Assembly: GCA_965203905.1 (NCBI GenBank)
Contig: CBDBDQ010000005.1
Coordinates: forward strand, 6,176,001 to 6,240,000
Reading direction: 5' to 3'
DNA: 64,000 nt
Source: Spirochaetia bacterium
GTDB lineage: Bacteria > Spirochaetota > Spirochaetia > SZUA-6 > Bin103
The notes under the pieces were generated by a model. The model had not been told where the DNA came from. It was given only the letters and a program-made list of their open reading frames with translations, and made no database searches. Of the stretch, positions 1-9,059 are shown piece by piece. Made by a program: the position numbers and the translations under genes. The number at the start of each line of letters is the position of its first letter. The first letter of the stretch is position 1.

Positions 1-2387
1 GAGCCCCCGCCCGCCAGCACGCGCCGCGGCAGAGAACCGCCGGCGGCCGGGGCCGAACGGGAGGCGCCGCTGCGCACCCGGAACCGGGCCGTGTAGTAGC
101 TGCCCAGCACGAAGGCAACCGCCGCCAGCTGGCCGATGCAGGTCTGCCAGGTGGGGTAGATCCCGAACCAGTTCCCCAGCCAGTAGGGCATTGCCAGGCC
201 GACGATCGGCGTCACCGGCACCCAGAGCACCGCCTGCATCACGTGCACGGTACTCCCCACCAGGGTGATCAGCACGGTTCCGATCAGGACCCCGGTAACC
301 ACCAGCATCTTCTTGTGCGGCAGCTTCTTCTCCAGGTGCAGGGTGAGCACACCCACGGCGGCCACCGCGGCACCGCCGAGCAGCACGCCCGCCAGCACCG
401 TGTCGGCGCCGGCGCGCAGGAACAGGGCTTGCAGGAACAGCGCCGTCTCGAATCCCTCCCGGTACACGCTGACGAAGCCCAGCAGGGCGAAGCCGATCGC
501 CTGGCCGGCGACGCCAGCCAGCAGGGTCCGCTTGTGACCGTGGAACCGGGCGATCCAGCCGCTCCAGTACACCTTGTGAAAGAACCAGTTGGTGATCAGC
601 AGCAGCACGGCGATGGCCACCAGGGACACGATCGCCTCCAGCCGCTCCCCCAGCATCCGGAAGCTGTGCACCAGCAGGCGCGCGGCCACGCCGGTGGCCG
701 CGGAGGCGACCAGCGCCGCCGCCGCCCCCAGGTACAGCGGCCGGCGGAACACGGCGGCCGCCCCCACCAGGCTGGCGACCAGTGCCGCGAGGATCACCAC
801 CGCCTCCAGCCCCTCGCGGAACACGATCAGCGCGGCGTTTACCGCCACCGCGACCGGGGCGGCGTCGCGTGACAGCACCCCCTGCGCCTGCAGCAGGGCG
901 CTGCGCAGCTCGCCGGCCGCCGCCAGGTACCGGGGAAACGGCGCCTGCGCCGCGATGACGGTCGCCAGTCCCGCGCTGCGCTGCGCACCGGACCAGAACA
1001 GGCCGTCGATGCGCGCCGCCAGCGGCGGATCCAGCGCCAGCAGGGACAGCTCCGGACCGGCGTCGAACAGCCCGTAAGCCTGGATCCGGGTGCGCTCGGC
1101 CACCTCCCATTCGGCGTTGCGCACCGCGCCGTCCACGTTGTCGAGGAGCTGTCCGATGACCGTGAACACCGAGTCGCCGTCGATGGTCCCCGAGGTGCCC
1201 AGGGTGGCGGCCACGATCGCCTGGCCCGCAGCGCTGAGCTCGCGTACCCGCGGCACCGGGCCCAGGTGGGTCACGTGGTCGCTGAGCTCCTCCAGCAGCC
1301 GTTCCAGTTGCTCGGCCTTGGCGGCGTCCACCGCGGCAATGCGAGGCGCGAGCTCGGACGCGCCCAGCACCGCCTGCTCCAGGAACACCACCGCTTCCTG
1401 GTACTCGGCGGCAATGGTGATACGGCCGTCGCGCACCCCGTCGCGGTACTCGATGGCCGCCAGGTCGAGGAACAACTGCAGCAGGCTCGCGCGCCGCGCC
1501 AGTTCCGCGGCCGGGAGCTCGACCGCCTGGTAGCCCTTCCACAGCCGCAGCACCTCGGAGGCGCCGTTCCGCACGCCGCCGAAATCGGCCGCCAGCGCCG
1601 CTGCGGTGAGGTCCTCCACGGCCGCGCCCAGCTCGGCGCGCGTGGTACTGCCCAACTTGGCGCGGTAATCGTCCCCCAGGATCATCAGGTAGGAGGAGAT
1701 CAGACCGGCGCTCTCGGCGGCGCGGGAGACCAGGCTGCGCTCCGCCGCCTGCAGTGCGCGCGTGGCCGCATAGTGGAGGCGTGCATGGTAGGTGTCGTCC
1801 AGGTCGTCGCGGACGATAGCCGTGGCCGCCTCCGGCGCCAGCTCGCCGCCCGCCATGCGCCGCACCGCCTGTGCCGCCGCCGAGTGCACCATTGTCACGC
1901 GCGTGGACTGCCGGTACTCGCGCAAGGCCAACCATTCCTCGGCCTCCGCGGCGGCGCCGGCCTCGGTCGCCCTGACCGCCCCCGCGTGAGCGCCGGCCGC
2001 CAGGGATCCGAGCACCCGCCCGCGGGCCAGCGCACGGCGCGCCGGCTCAGGGCCGTCGAGCAGAGTCAGGGCGTGCAACTCACCGGCGATCACGCGGTCG
2101 GCCTCAGGTGCTACGGCGGCGAGCGCGCCGCTTATCGGCTGATAGCCGGTGACGGCTCCCGCCGCGTGCTCAGCCGCCGTCACCGTGTCTCCACGCTCCG
2201 CCGCGGCCAGCATCGCCAGCAACTCGCCGCGCAGGCTGCCCGCAACCTGCCACAGCACCGTGGACTCAGTGGCCTCCGTGCCGCCAGCGGGCGTCCGGCG
2301 GTCGGCCTCCGCGTACGCCATGCAGACAACGACTACGCCCGCGGTGACCGCGAGTATCGTGTGACGCAACCAACCGTTAATGACCAT
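1..2387 (-). CDS. FTR1/EfeU-family iron permease with large N-terminal extracytoplasmic domain (3' end runs off window)
   Basis: Minus-strand frame from ATG 2387 (MVINGWLRHTILAVTAGVVVVCMAYA, signal-peptide-like). Two REGxE motifs, LIVFREGLEA (~800-830) and SVYREGFETA (~440-470), in a hydrophobic C-terminal region. Missing from ORF track because no stop lies inside the window. Confidence 0.88.
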   Translation of the reverse strand, partial: MVINGWLRHTILAVTAGVVVVCMAYAEADRRTPAGGTEATESTVLWQVAGSLRGELLAMLAAAERGDTVTAAEHAAGAVTGYQPISGALAAVAPEADRVIAGELHALTLLDGPEPARRALARGRVLGSLAAGAHAGAVRATEAGAAAEAEEWLALREYRQSTRVTMVHSAAAQAVRRMAGGELAPEAATAIVRDDLDDTYHARLHYAATRALQAAERSLVSRAAESAGLISSYLMILGDDYRAKLGSTTRAELGAAVEDLTAAALAADFGGVRNGASEVLRLWKGYQAVELPAAELARRASLLQLFLDLAAIEYRDGVRDGRITIAAEYQEAVVFLEQAVLGASELAPRIAAVDAAKAEQLERLLEELSDHVTHLGPVPRVRELSAAGQAIVAATLGTSGTIDGDSVFTVIGQLLDNVDGAVRNAEWEVAERTRIQAYGLFDAGPELSLLALDPPLAARIDGLFWSGAQRSAGLATVIAAQAPFPRYLAAAGELRSALLQAQGVLSRDAAPVAVAVNAALIVFREGLEAVVILAALVASLVGAAAVFRRPLYLGAAAALVASAATGVAARLLVHSFRMLGERLEAIVSLVAIAVLLLITNWFFHKVYWSGWIARFHGHKRTLLAGVAGQAIGFALLGFVSVYREGFETALFLQALFLRAGADTVLAGVLLGGAAVAAVGVLTLHLEKKLPHKKMLVVTGVLIGTVLITLVGSTVHVMQAVLWVPVTPIVGLAMPYWLGNWFGIYPTWQTCIGQLAAVAFVLGSYYTARFRVRSGASRSAPAAGGSLPRRVLAGGG

Positions 2388-2452
2388 TAAAGCGCTTAAG
2401 CAATAAGAACACACTTGCTGCCGGAATACAACCCTGCAGCAAAAGAAAGTGC

Positions 2453-2518
2453 TTGACATAGCCATTTATAACTTTAATAATCCTTAATGTTATCTATTTA
2501 ACTTTCCTTAACAGGAGG
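2453..2518 (+). promoter_or_regulatory. Sigma70-type promoter, overlapping palindrome and RBS of imelysin gene
   Basis: TTGACA 2453-2458, 17 bp spacer, AATAAT 2476-2481; imperfect palindrome ATAACTTTAA-N6-TTAATGTTAT 2468-2493; AGGAGG 2513-2518. AT-rich island in GC-rich DNA. Confidence 0.6.
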
Positions 2519-2519
2519 T

Positions 2520-3644
2520 ATGGACGAGATCATGTTCATACGAATCAGCCCCCATCGACCACGACGCCCCGCTCTGGCGCGCGGCGTGGCACCGCTGGCA
2601 GTCTTGCTCGTGCTGGCCGCAGCCCAGGTGTTGAGCGCCTCTCCGGCGGGCGAGCAGACCGACGCCAACCTGCTCCCGATCAAGGAGTACACGCTCGCCA
2701 ACGCCGGTGACATGCAGGCCGCCACCGCCGTCCTGCGCGCGTTGGCCGCCGACTACCGGGAGTTGCTGGCCGCCCACGACTTCGACTACGCGGCCGCCTG
2801 GAAGGCGCGGCCCAAAGACCTGCAACTGTTGCTGGCTGCCGGGCGCGACGCCTGGGTGGACGCCAGCACGGCCTACGAGCTGAGCGAAGGGATCATCGCC
2901 GGAGTCCCGTCCCTCGCCTACTACGACGTGTGGATCGACGCCGGGCCATCCGGCGCCGAGGATCCGGCCGAGGCCCTGGACTGGACGCTCACGGTGGGCG
3001 AGGATCGGGTGATGGAGAGCCCCGGCAATCTGTTCCACCACCTCACCGAACCGGTGTTGTGGGGCACCAAGGCGGAGTGGAGCGGAGCCCGCGTCGACAT
3101 GGACGGTGACGGGAAGTTCGGCGCCGTCGGCGACGCACTGCCGGAAGTGGACATGTTCGTGGCGGTTGCAGGCGCCATCGACGACGCCGCGGCCGAGATG
3201 AACGCGGCGGTGGACGGCTGGGACCCCAACCTGAGCGACGTGTTCACCGCGCTGGTGGTGATGGTGCCGACCATGAACGAGTACTTCGGACAGTGGAAGG
3301 ACTCACGTTACGTGGCCGGCGCCGCCTCGGAGGAGGCCAGCTTCATCGCCGTGAGCCGCCTGTTCGACATCAACGGCATCCTCACCGGGCTCGACGTGGC
3401 TTACCAGCATGTCACCTCGCTGGTGGCGGAGCGCGATGCGTCCCTCGATGCCCGGATTCGAGCCGGATTCGAGCAGTTGCTGGCGTACGTAGGCGATCTC
3501 TACGAGCAGGAGCGTGCCGGGCGCCAGTTCACGGCGGTGGAGGCCGACCTGTTCGGCACCGAGGCGCAAGAGCTGGCAACCACCCTGGCAGCGCTGCTGG
3601 CGCGCGCCGCAGAGCTGCTCGAGATCACCCTGGACCTGGCGTAG
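2520..3644 (+). CDS. Imelysin/EfeO-like extracytoplasmic iron-binding protein
   Basis: Signal peptide, acidic helical protein (ARDAW-like GRDAWVDASTAYELSEGIIAGVPSL, PGNLFH), divergent from FTR1 permease. Confidence 0.7.
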   Translation: MDEIMFIRISPHRPRRPALARGVAPLAVLLVLAAAQVLSASPAGEQTDANLLPIKEYTLANAGDMQAATAVLRALAADYRELLAAHDFDYAAAWKARPKDLQLLLAAGRDAWVDASTAYELSEGIIAGVPSLAYYDVWIDAGPSGAEDPAEALDWTLTVGEDRVMESPGNLFHHLTEPVLWGTKAEWSGARVDMDGDGKFGAVGDALPEVDMFVAVAGAIDDAAAEMNAAVDGWDPNLSDVFTALVVMVPTMNEYFGQWKDSRYVAGAASEEASFIAVSRLFDINGILTGLDVAYQHVTSLVAERDASLDARIRAGFEQLLAYVGDLYEQERAGRQFTAVEADLFGTEAQELATTLAALLARAAELLEITLDLA

Positions 3645-3646
3645 AT

Positions 3647-3850
3647 ATGGCGAACACGGAAACAGCCGAGACGCCGCAGGACTGTCGCTGCACCAAGAGC
3701 GGTGCCGAGATGCTGGCGTGTGCGTGCCGGAGTCCCGAACGCGGGGAGGCTGGAGAGCGCCTCGCCGAGCCGGAAGCCGCTCCCCGCGAAACGGCCGCGC
3801 ACCAGAGCCGTGCCGCGCACAGCCCGACGCCTGCTGACATGGGGCGCTAA
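3647..3850 (+). CDS. Small hypothetical protein (67 aa) with two CxC motifs
   Basis: ATG 2 nt after the imelysin stop; MANTETAETPQDCRCTKSGAEMLACACRS. May be a gene remnant. Confidence 0.3.
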   Translation: MANTETAETPQDCRCTKSGAEMLACACRSPERGEAGERLAEPEAAPRETAAHQSRAAHSPTPADMGR

Positions 3851-3970
3851 CTCGGATCCAACCGGCGGCGACCGGTACGCCTGGTGGGGGCGGCGCACCC
3901 TCATCCGGGCACCGGTCCGCCACCCGTTGCCCGGGCCGGCACGCCAACGGTCCGTGCTATGGTTCCGGCG

Positions 3971-4798
3971 ATGGACCCACGGTTGGCGACCAACCGCCGG
4001 AACTGGAACCAGCGCGTGCCGGTGCATGCGGCCTCTACCTTCTACGACCTGGCCGGCTTCAAGGCCGGCCGGATCTCGCTCAACGAGATCGAACGCCGGG
4101 AAGTGGGCCCCGTCGCCGGCAAGAGCCTGCTCCACCTGCAGTGCCACTTCGGGATGGACACGATGTCGTGGAGCCGGCTCGGGGCGCGTGCCACCGGCGC
4201 CGATTTCTCCACCGCCGCGATCGACCTGGCGCGCGAGCTGAGCGCGGAGCTGGAGCTGGACACCCGCTTCATCTGCAGCGACGTGTACGAGCTGCCGCGG
4301 GTGCTCGACGAGCGGTTCGACATCGTCTACACCGCCTCGGGGGTGCTGGTATGGCTGCCCGACCTCGGCGCCTGGGCCGACGTCGTCGCCCGCTTCGTGA
4401 AACCCGGCGGCACCTTCTACCTGCTGGAGGGGCATCCCCTGTGCCACATCTTCGCCGACGACGCTGACCTGGACGGCTCCGAGCTGCGCGTCCGCAACCC
4501 CTACTTTGCCGATCCCGCGGGCACCTTCTACGGCGGCGACGGCTACAGCTACGCGGGCGACGAGACGATCCCCTCCCCCAGCTACGAGTGGCACCACAGC
4601 ATGGCGGAGATCGTGAACGCCTTGCTGGCCGCCGGGCTGCGTCTCGAGTTCCTGCACGAGTTCCCCTTCAGCAACTACCGCGCGCTGCCGGGAATGACGC
4701 GGGACGATGACGGCTGGTGGCGGCTGCGGGAGCACAACGACTCGATACCGCAGATGTTCTCGCTGCGGGCAACCAGGGAACGGCGCGCGGATGGCTGA
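3971..4798 (+). CDS. Class I SAM-dependent methyltransferase
   Basis: NRRNWNQRVPVH N-terminus; LLHLQCHFGMDT motif I variant; FDIVYT; VKPGG. Confidence 0.88.
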   Translation: MDPRLATNRRNWNQRVPVHAASTFYDLAGFKAGRISLNEIERREVGPVAGKSLLHLQCHFGMDTMSWSRLGARATGADFSTAAIDLARELSAELELDTRFICSDVYELPRVLDERFDIVYTASGVLVWLPDLGAWADVVARFVKPGGTFYLLEGHPLCHIFADDADLDGSELRVRNPYFADPAGTFYGGDGYSYAGDETIPSPSYEWHHSMAEIVNALLAAGLRLEFLHEFPFSNYRALPGMTRDDDGWWRLREHNDSIPQMFSLRATRERRADG

Positions 4799-4834
4799 CC
4801 ACGCGCCCGCGTGGCGCGTCCGGCCGGCGCCGGG

Positions 4835-6013
4835 TCAGCGGAAGTCGTAGGCCGCGGTGGTGTTGGCGGTGATGAACTCCCAGTCGTAGGTCACGCCGAG
4901 TCCCGCTCCGTCGGGCACCGGCACGCAGCCGTCGGCGCCGACCGCCTGCGGCTGGTCGCTGTAGCCGCAGGTGTAGACCGGCGGCACCATGTTGGCCATG
5001 CCCGGGGCCATCAGTGCGAGCTCGTAGAGATGCGTATTGCGCAGCGCCGACCCCACCGCGCGGTGCGCCGGGCCGCAGGCATGCACCTGGAGGTCGAGTC
5101 CGAACGCCTCGCTGAGATGAGCGATCTTCATCACACCGGTGATGCCCAGGTCGTACTCCGGGTCGGCATGGATCATGTCGCAGCCGCCGCCGAGCAGGAA
5201 CGCGGCCTTCTGCTCCAGCGTGCGCACGTGCTCGGTGATCAGCAGCGGCGTGTCCAGCCGCTCGCGTAGCCGGCGGTGGCCCTCCAGCGCGATGCTGGCG
5301 TCACGATAGGGATCCTCGTACCAGAAGCACCCTATCTCGTCGCACACGCGGCCCACCGCCAGGGCGTCGTTCCAGGTGCGCAACTGGCAGGCGGGATCCA
5401 GCATGATGCGCCAGTCGTCGTCCACGCGCGCGCGCACTCCCCTCAGGTTGGCGATCTCGCGCGCCACGTCGCCGTCGTTCCAGCCGTGGATCTTGAACCC
5501 GTGAAAGCCCGCGGCCTGGCACTCGGCGGCGAAATCCGCGAACGCTTGCGGCGTATCCAGGCCGCCAGGGGCCTCCTGGCCGTGGTAGGTGCTGGCGTAG
5601 GTCGGCAACCGGCTCTTGAAGCCGCCCAGCAGCCGCGACACCGAGGTTCCCAGCCGCTTGCCGGCCAGGTCCCACAGCGCGATGTCCAGGACCCCGTGGC
5701 CCATGTGGTCGTAGGCCCGGATCTCGCGCTTGAGGTCGTCGTAGATCAGCTCCCGGCTGTCCGGGTCGCGGCCCAGCAGCAGCGGCGCCAGCATCGCCGC
5801 CTGGGCCAGCGACGCCGGCGTTCCGACCCAGTGGGTGACGTACTCGCCGGCGGCGCCGTCGTCGCACCGGATGCGCACGGCGAAGCGCCGCGAGGTGAAC
5901 GTGCTGCCCTTGACGAACGCCATGTTGCCGATGCCGGCGGCGGCCTGCTCCAGGCCGATATCCGGCGTGTCGAACGAGAATTCCCTGATCTCTACGCGGT
6001 CGATGAGACTCAT
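4835..6013 (-). CDS. Mandelate racemase/muconate lactonizing enzyme (enolase superfamily)
   Basis: LDIALWDLAGK, FKIH, MLD, WYEDP, ITEH metal ligands; start taken at MSLIDRVEIREF. Confidence 0.88.
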   Translation of the reverse strand: MSLIDRVEIREFSFDTPDIGLEQAAAGIGNMAFVKGSTFTSRRFAVRIRCDDGAAGEYVTHWVGTPASLAQAAMLAPLLLGRDPDSRELIYDDLKREIRAYDHMGHGVLDIALWDLAGKRLGTSVSRLLGGFKSRLPTYASTYHGQEAPGGLDTPQAFADFAAECQAAGFHGFKIHGWNDGDVAREIANLRGVRARVDDDWRIMLDPACQLRTWNDALAVGRVCDEIGCFWYEDPYRDASIALEGHRRLRERLDTPLLITEHVRTLEQKAAFLLGGGCDMIHADPEYDLGITGVMKIAHLSEAFGLDLQVHACGPAHRAVGSALRNTHLYELALMAPGMANMVPPVYTCGYSDQPQAVGADGCVPVPDGAGLGVTYDWEFITANTTAAYDFR

Positions 6014-6122
6014 GATCCTGAGCCGGAGCATGCACCGCGGCTCGGCGTCGAGTAAAGGAGATGCAGACGGCGACGCCAGCCGGGTGCTTTCTTGACCCGG
6101 AAACAGTAAGCTTTGCCACGCC

Positions 6123-7748
6123 ATGAGCATCGCGGGCGTCGACGCCCCTTCCCCTACCCGCGCCCGTACGCTGCGTGAGCTGCTGCACCGGGGCGACACC
6201 TTCCTGCACCTGGTGGAGATGGTCACCTCGCGCGGCCTGCTCACCGACCGGGCGGGGAAACGGGTCCTGTCGCTGGCGCGCGAGCTGGTCCATCACCCGG
6301 AAATCCATGCCTTGTCCATCACCGACAACCCCGGCGGCCACGCCATGTTCGGCGCCGACGCCCTCGGCACCGACCTGATCTCGCGCGGCCAGGAGGTGGT
6401 GATCCATCTCTCCTGCAAGGACTGGAACCGCAACGCGCTGGAGAGCCGCGGCTGGCAGCTCGCCAGTCTCGGCTTCGACAACATACTCGCCCTGTCCGGC
6501 GACTACCCGGTGAGCGGCTACCAGGGCCAGGCCAGCCCCGTGTTCGACACCGACTCGGTCGGGCTGCTGCGCATGTTCTCGGACATGAACGCCGGCCTGC
6601 GCGCGGGCAAGCGCACCCTCACCGCGACGCGCTTCTTCCTCGGGGCGGTGGTCAACAACCACAAGCGCCACGAGCGCGAGGTGATGCCGCAGTACTTCAA
6701 GCTGGCCAAGAAGATCGCCAACGGCGCGCGCTTCATCATCAGCCAGATCGGCTGGGACGCCCGCAAGCAGGACGAGCTGCTGCGCTACCTGGCGCTGCAC
6801 GACCTGCAGGTCCCGGTGATCGCCAACGCCTACGTGCTGAGCCGCCCGGCGGCGCGCTTCTTCGCCAGCGGCAAGATCCCCGGGGTGGTGGTGCTGCCGG
6901 AGCTGCTGGAGCTGGCCGAGAAGCACGGGGCATCGCCGGACAAGGGCAAGGCGTTCTTCCTGGAGCTGGCCGCCAAACAGGTTGCGATCTCCCGCGGGCT
7001 GGGCTACCGCGGGGTCTACCTGGGCGGCCTGACGCGCTACCGGGACATCGACCGCGTGCTGCAGATCGCCGCCGGCTTCGGCGGCGACGACTGGCGCCAG
7101 TTCGCCGCCGAGGTGCACTTCCACTTCCCGGACGAGTTCTATTACTTCGAGCCGGGCGACCTGCCGGGGACCAGCAGCAGCGAGGTCAGTCGTGACTACC
7201 TCGCGTCGCGGCAGCCGGAAGCCCGGCGCGAGCTGCAGCGCGCGGTACCGCTGGGCTACAAGCTGAGCCGCCGCGTGCACGATGCCGTCTTCACGCCCGA
7301 CACTCCGGGATTCGCTGCCGGCCGCACGGTGGCGCGCGCCGTGGACAACGCGGGACCGCGCGCCCGCAAGCTGTTCCACGCCCTGGAGCATTCCTCCAAG
7401 TCGCTGGTGTATGATTGCCGCGATTGCGGCGACTGCTCGCTGCCCGACATCGCCTACCTGTGCCCCGAGTCGCAGTGCGTCAAGAACCAGCGCAACGGCC
7501 CGTGCGGCGGCACCCGGGAGGGCAAGTGCGAGGTGGGCGAAAAGGAGTGCATCTGGGCGCGCGCCTACGACCGGCTCAAGGCGTACGGCGAGGAGCAGGA
7601 GCTGCTCGACGGCCCCGCGATCATCAAGAACGGTGCCCTGCAGGGCACCAGCGCCTGGGTCAACACCTACCTGGAGCGCGACCACTTTGCGAGCGGCAGG
7701 CCCACCGAGCCGGGCCTGCCGCCGGCCAAGGACCAGACAACTCAATGA
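6123..7748 (+). CDS. metF: Methylenetetrahydrofolate reductase with fused C-terminal MetV-like Cys-rich domain
   Basis: SITDNPGG, HLSCKDWNR, ILALSGDYP, KKIANGARFIISQ; C-terminal CRDCGDC...CPESQCVKNQRNGPCGG...CEV...CIW (MTHFR_C). Confidence 0.88.
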   Translation: MSIAGVDAPSPTRARTLRELLHRGDTFLHLVEMVTSRGLLTDRAGKRVLSLARELVHHPEIHALSITDNPGGHAMFGADALGTDLISRGQEVVIHLSCKDWNRNALESRGWQLASLGFDNILALSGDYPVSGYQGQASPVFDTDSVGLLRMFSDMNAGLRAGKRTLTATRFFLGAVVNNHKRHEREVMPQYFKLAKKIANGARFIISQIGWDARKQDELLRYLALHDLQVPVIANAYVLSRPAARFFASGKIPGVVVLPELLELAEKHGASPDKGKAFFLELAAKQVAISRGLGYRGVYLGGLTRYRDIDRVLQIAAGFGGDDWRQFAAEVHFHFPDEFYYFEPGDLPGTSSSEVSRDYLASRQPEARRELQRAVPLGYKLSRRVHDAVFTPDTPGFAAGRTVARAVDNAGPRARKLFHALEHSSKSLVYDCRDCGDCSLPDIAYLCPESQCVKNQRNGPCGGTREGKCEVGEKECIWARAYDRLKAYGEEQELLDGPAIIKNGALQGTSAWVNTYLERDHFASGRPTEPGLPPAKDQTTQ

Positions 7749-8782
7749 GCGACACCTTCAGAGTAATCGGCGAGAACATACACACCACGCGCGTGCTGCG
7801 CCGCAAGGGCAAACGGATCAGCGACCTGGGCGACGGTACCCAGGCGGTCAACTACCGCACCAGGTCCGGCGAATTGCGCTACCTGCCCATCCCCGAGGAG
7901 TTCAAGAAGACCCAGGACTACGAAGAGGGCCGCGTCAAGCACGTGCAGATCGCCGTGCGCGGCGCCATGGACGGCGGCGAGCGGGCCGCCGAGGGCCTGC
8001 GCTACCTGCACCGACTGGCGGAGCGGCAGGAGGATGCCGGCGCCCACTTCCTGGACCTCAACGTCGACGAGATCTCCCTGCACCTGGAGCAGCAGCAGGG
8101 GGCCATGCGCTGGCTGGTGAACGCCATGATGCGGGCCAGCCGGCTGCCGCTGTCGATCGACTCCTCCAACGTCGACATCATCCGCGCCGGCCTGGAAGCG
8201 TGGAACGACGGCCCCGCTCCGGGCGGCCGGGGCCTTCTCAACTCCGCCTCCCTGGAGCGCCTCGACGCCCTCGACCTGGCGCGCGAGCACGACGTGCAGG
8301 TGATCGTCACCGCGGCCGGCGAGTCCGGAATGCCGAACGACACCGACGAACGGGTGGCCAACGCGTCGCGAGTGGTGGATGCGGCGCTGGCCCGGGGAAT
8401 CCCGGCGGGTGACATCTACGTCGACCCGCTGGTGTTTCCCATCGCGGTGGACCAGACCTTCGGCAACCATTGTCTCGAGGCAATCCGTGCATTGCGCAAC
8501 CGGTATGGTGCGGAGATCCACATCACCGGCGGCTTCAGCAACGTCTCCTTCGGGATGCCGGCACGGCGCCTGATCAACGACGTGTTCCTGCGCCTGGCGA
8601 TCGACGCCGGCGCCGACAGCGGCATCCTCGACCCGGTCACCAGCCACATCGACGGCGTCCTCGGCCTGGACCGCACGACCCGACCCTACCGGCTGGCCGA
8701 AGATCTCCTGCTGGGCAACGACCAGTACTGCGCGACGTTCATCCGCGCCCACCGCAAGGGGGAACTGATCAGCAATGACTGA
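7745..8782 (+). CDS. Pterin-binding methyltetrahydrofolate:corrinoid methyltransferase (AcsE/MeTr-like)
   Basis: VIGENIHTT, FLDLNVD, PLSIDSSN, LLNS, YVDPLVFPI, GFSNVSFGMP; ATGA overlap with metF. Confidence 0.85.
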   Translation: MSDTFRVIGENIHTTRVLRRKGKRISDLGDGTQAVNYRTRSGELRYLPIPEEFKKTQDYEEGRVKHVQIAVRGAMDGGERAAEGLRYLHRLAERQEDAGAHFLDLNVDEISLHLEQQQGAMRWLVNAMMRASRLPLSIDSSNVDIIRAGLEAWNDGPAPGGRGLLNSASLERLDALDLAREHDVQVIVTAAGESGMPNDTDERVANASRVVDAALARGIPAGDIYVDPLVFPIAVDQTFGNHCLEAIRALRNRYGAEIHITGGFSNVSFGMPARRLINDVFLRLAIDAGADSGILDPVTSHIDGVLGLDRTTRPYRLAEDLLLGNDQYCATFIRAHRKGELISND

Positions 8783-9059
8783 GTACCAGGTGCTCGCCTG
8801 GCGCGGCATCCCGGCCCAGGTGCGGGTCTCCGCCGCGGGCAAACGCATCTCCGGCCAGCTTCCGCCCCGCTACCAGGAAGAGATCGACCGCGTCGCCATG
8901 GAGGAAGGGCTCTACGGATCGGACGACTACCTGGAGCAGTGGAAATGGGGCCCGCGCACGCAACGAGCCGGGGACCCGCAGCAGGTGCTCGACGCCGTGA
9001 TCGCCGAACTGGTCGCCGACTGGGACCGCCGGTTATTCGGCGAGCCCGGCCCCGATTGA
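8775..9059 (+). CDS. 'Virulence factor' (PF13769-like) small protein
   Basis: WRGIPAQV...LPPRYQEEIDRVAM...GSDDYLEQW pattern; this family is commonly found next to folate/corrinoid methyltransferase genes. Confidence 0.78.
   Translation: MTEYQVLAWRGIPAQVRVSAAGKRISGQLPPRYQEEIDRVAMEEGLYGSDDYLEQWKWGPRTQRAGDPQQVLDAVIAELVADWDRRLFGEPGPD

Noticed and set aside
243-2390. Plus-strand ORFs at the window start
   Set aside because: Antisense shadows of the minus-strand FTR1 permease.
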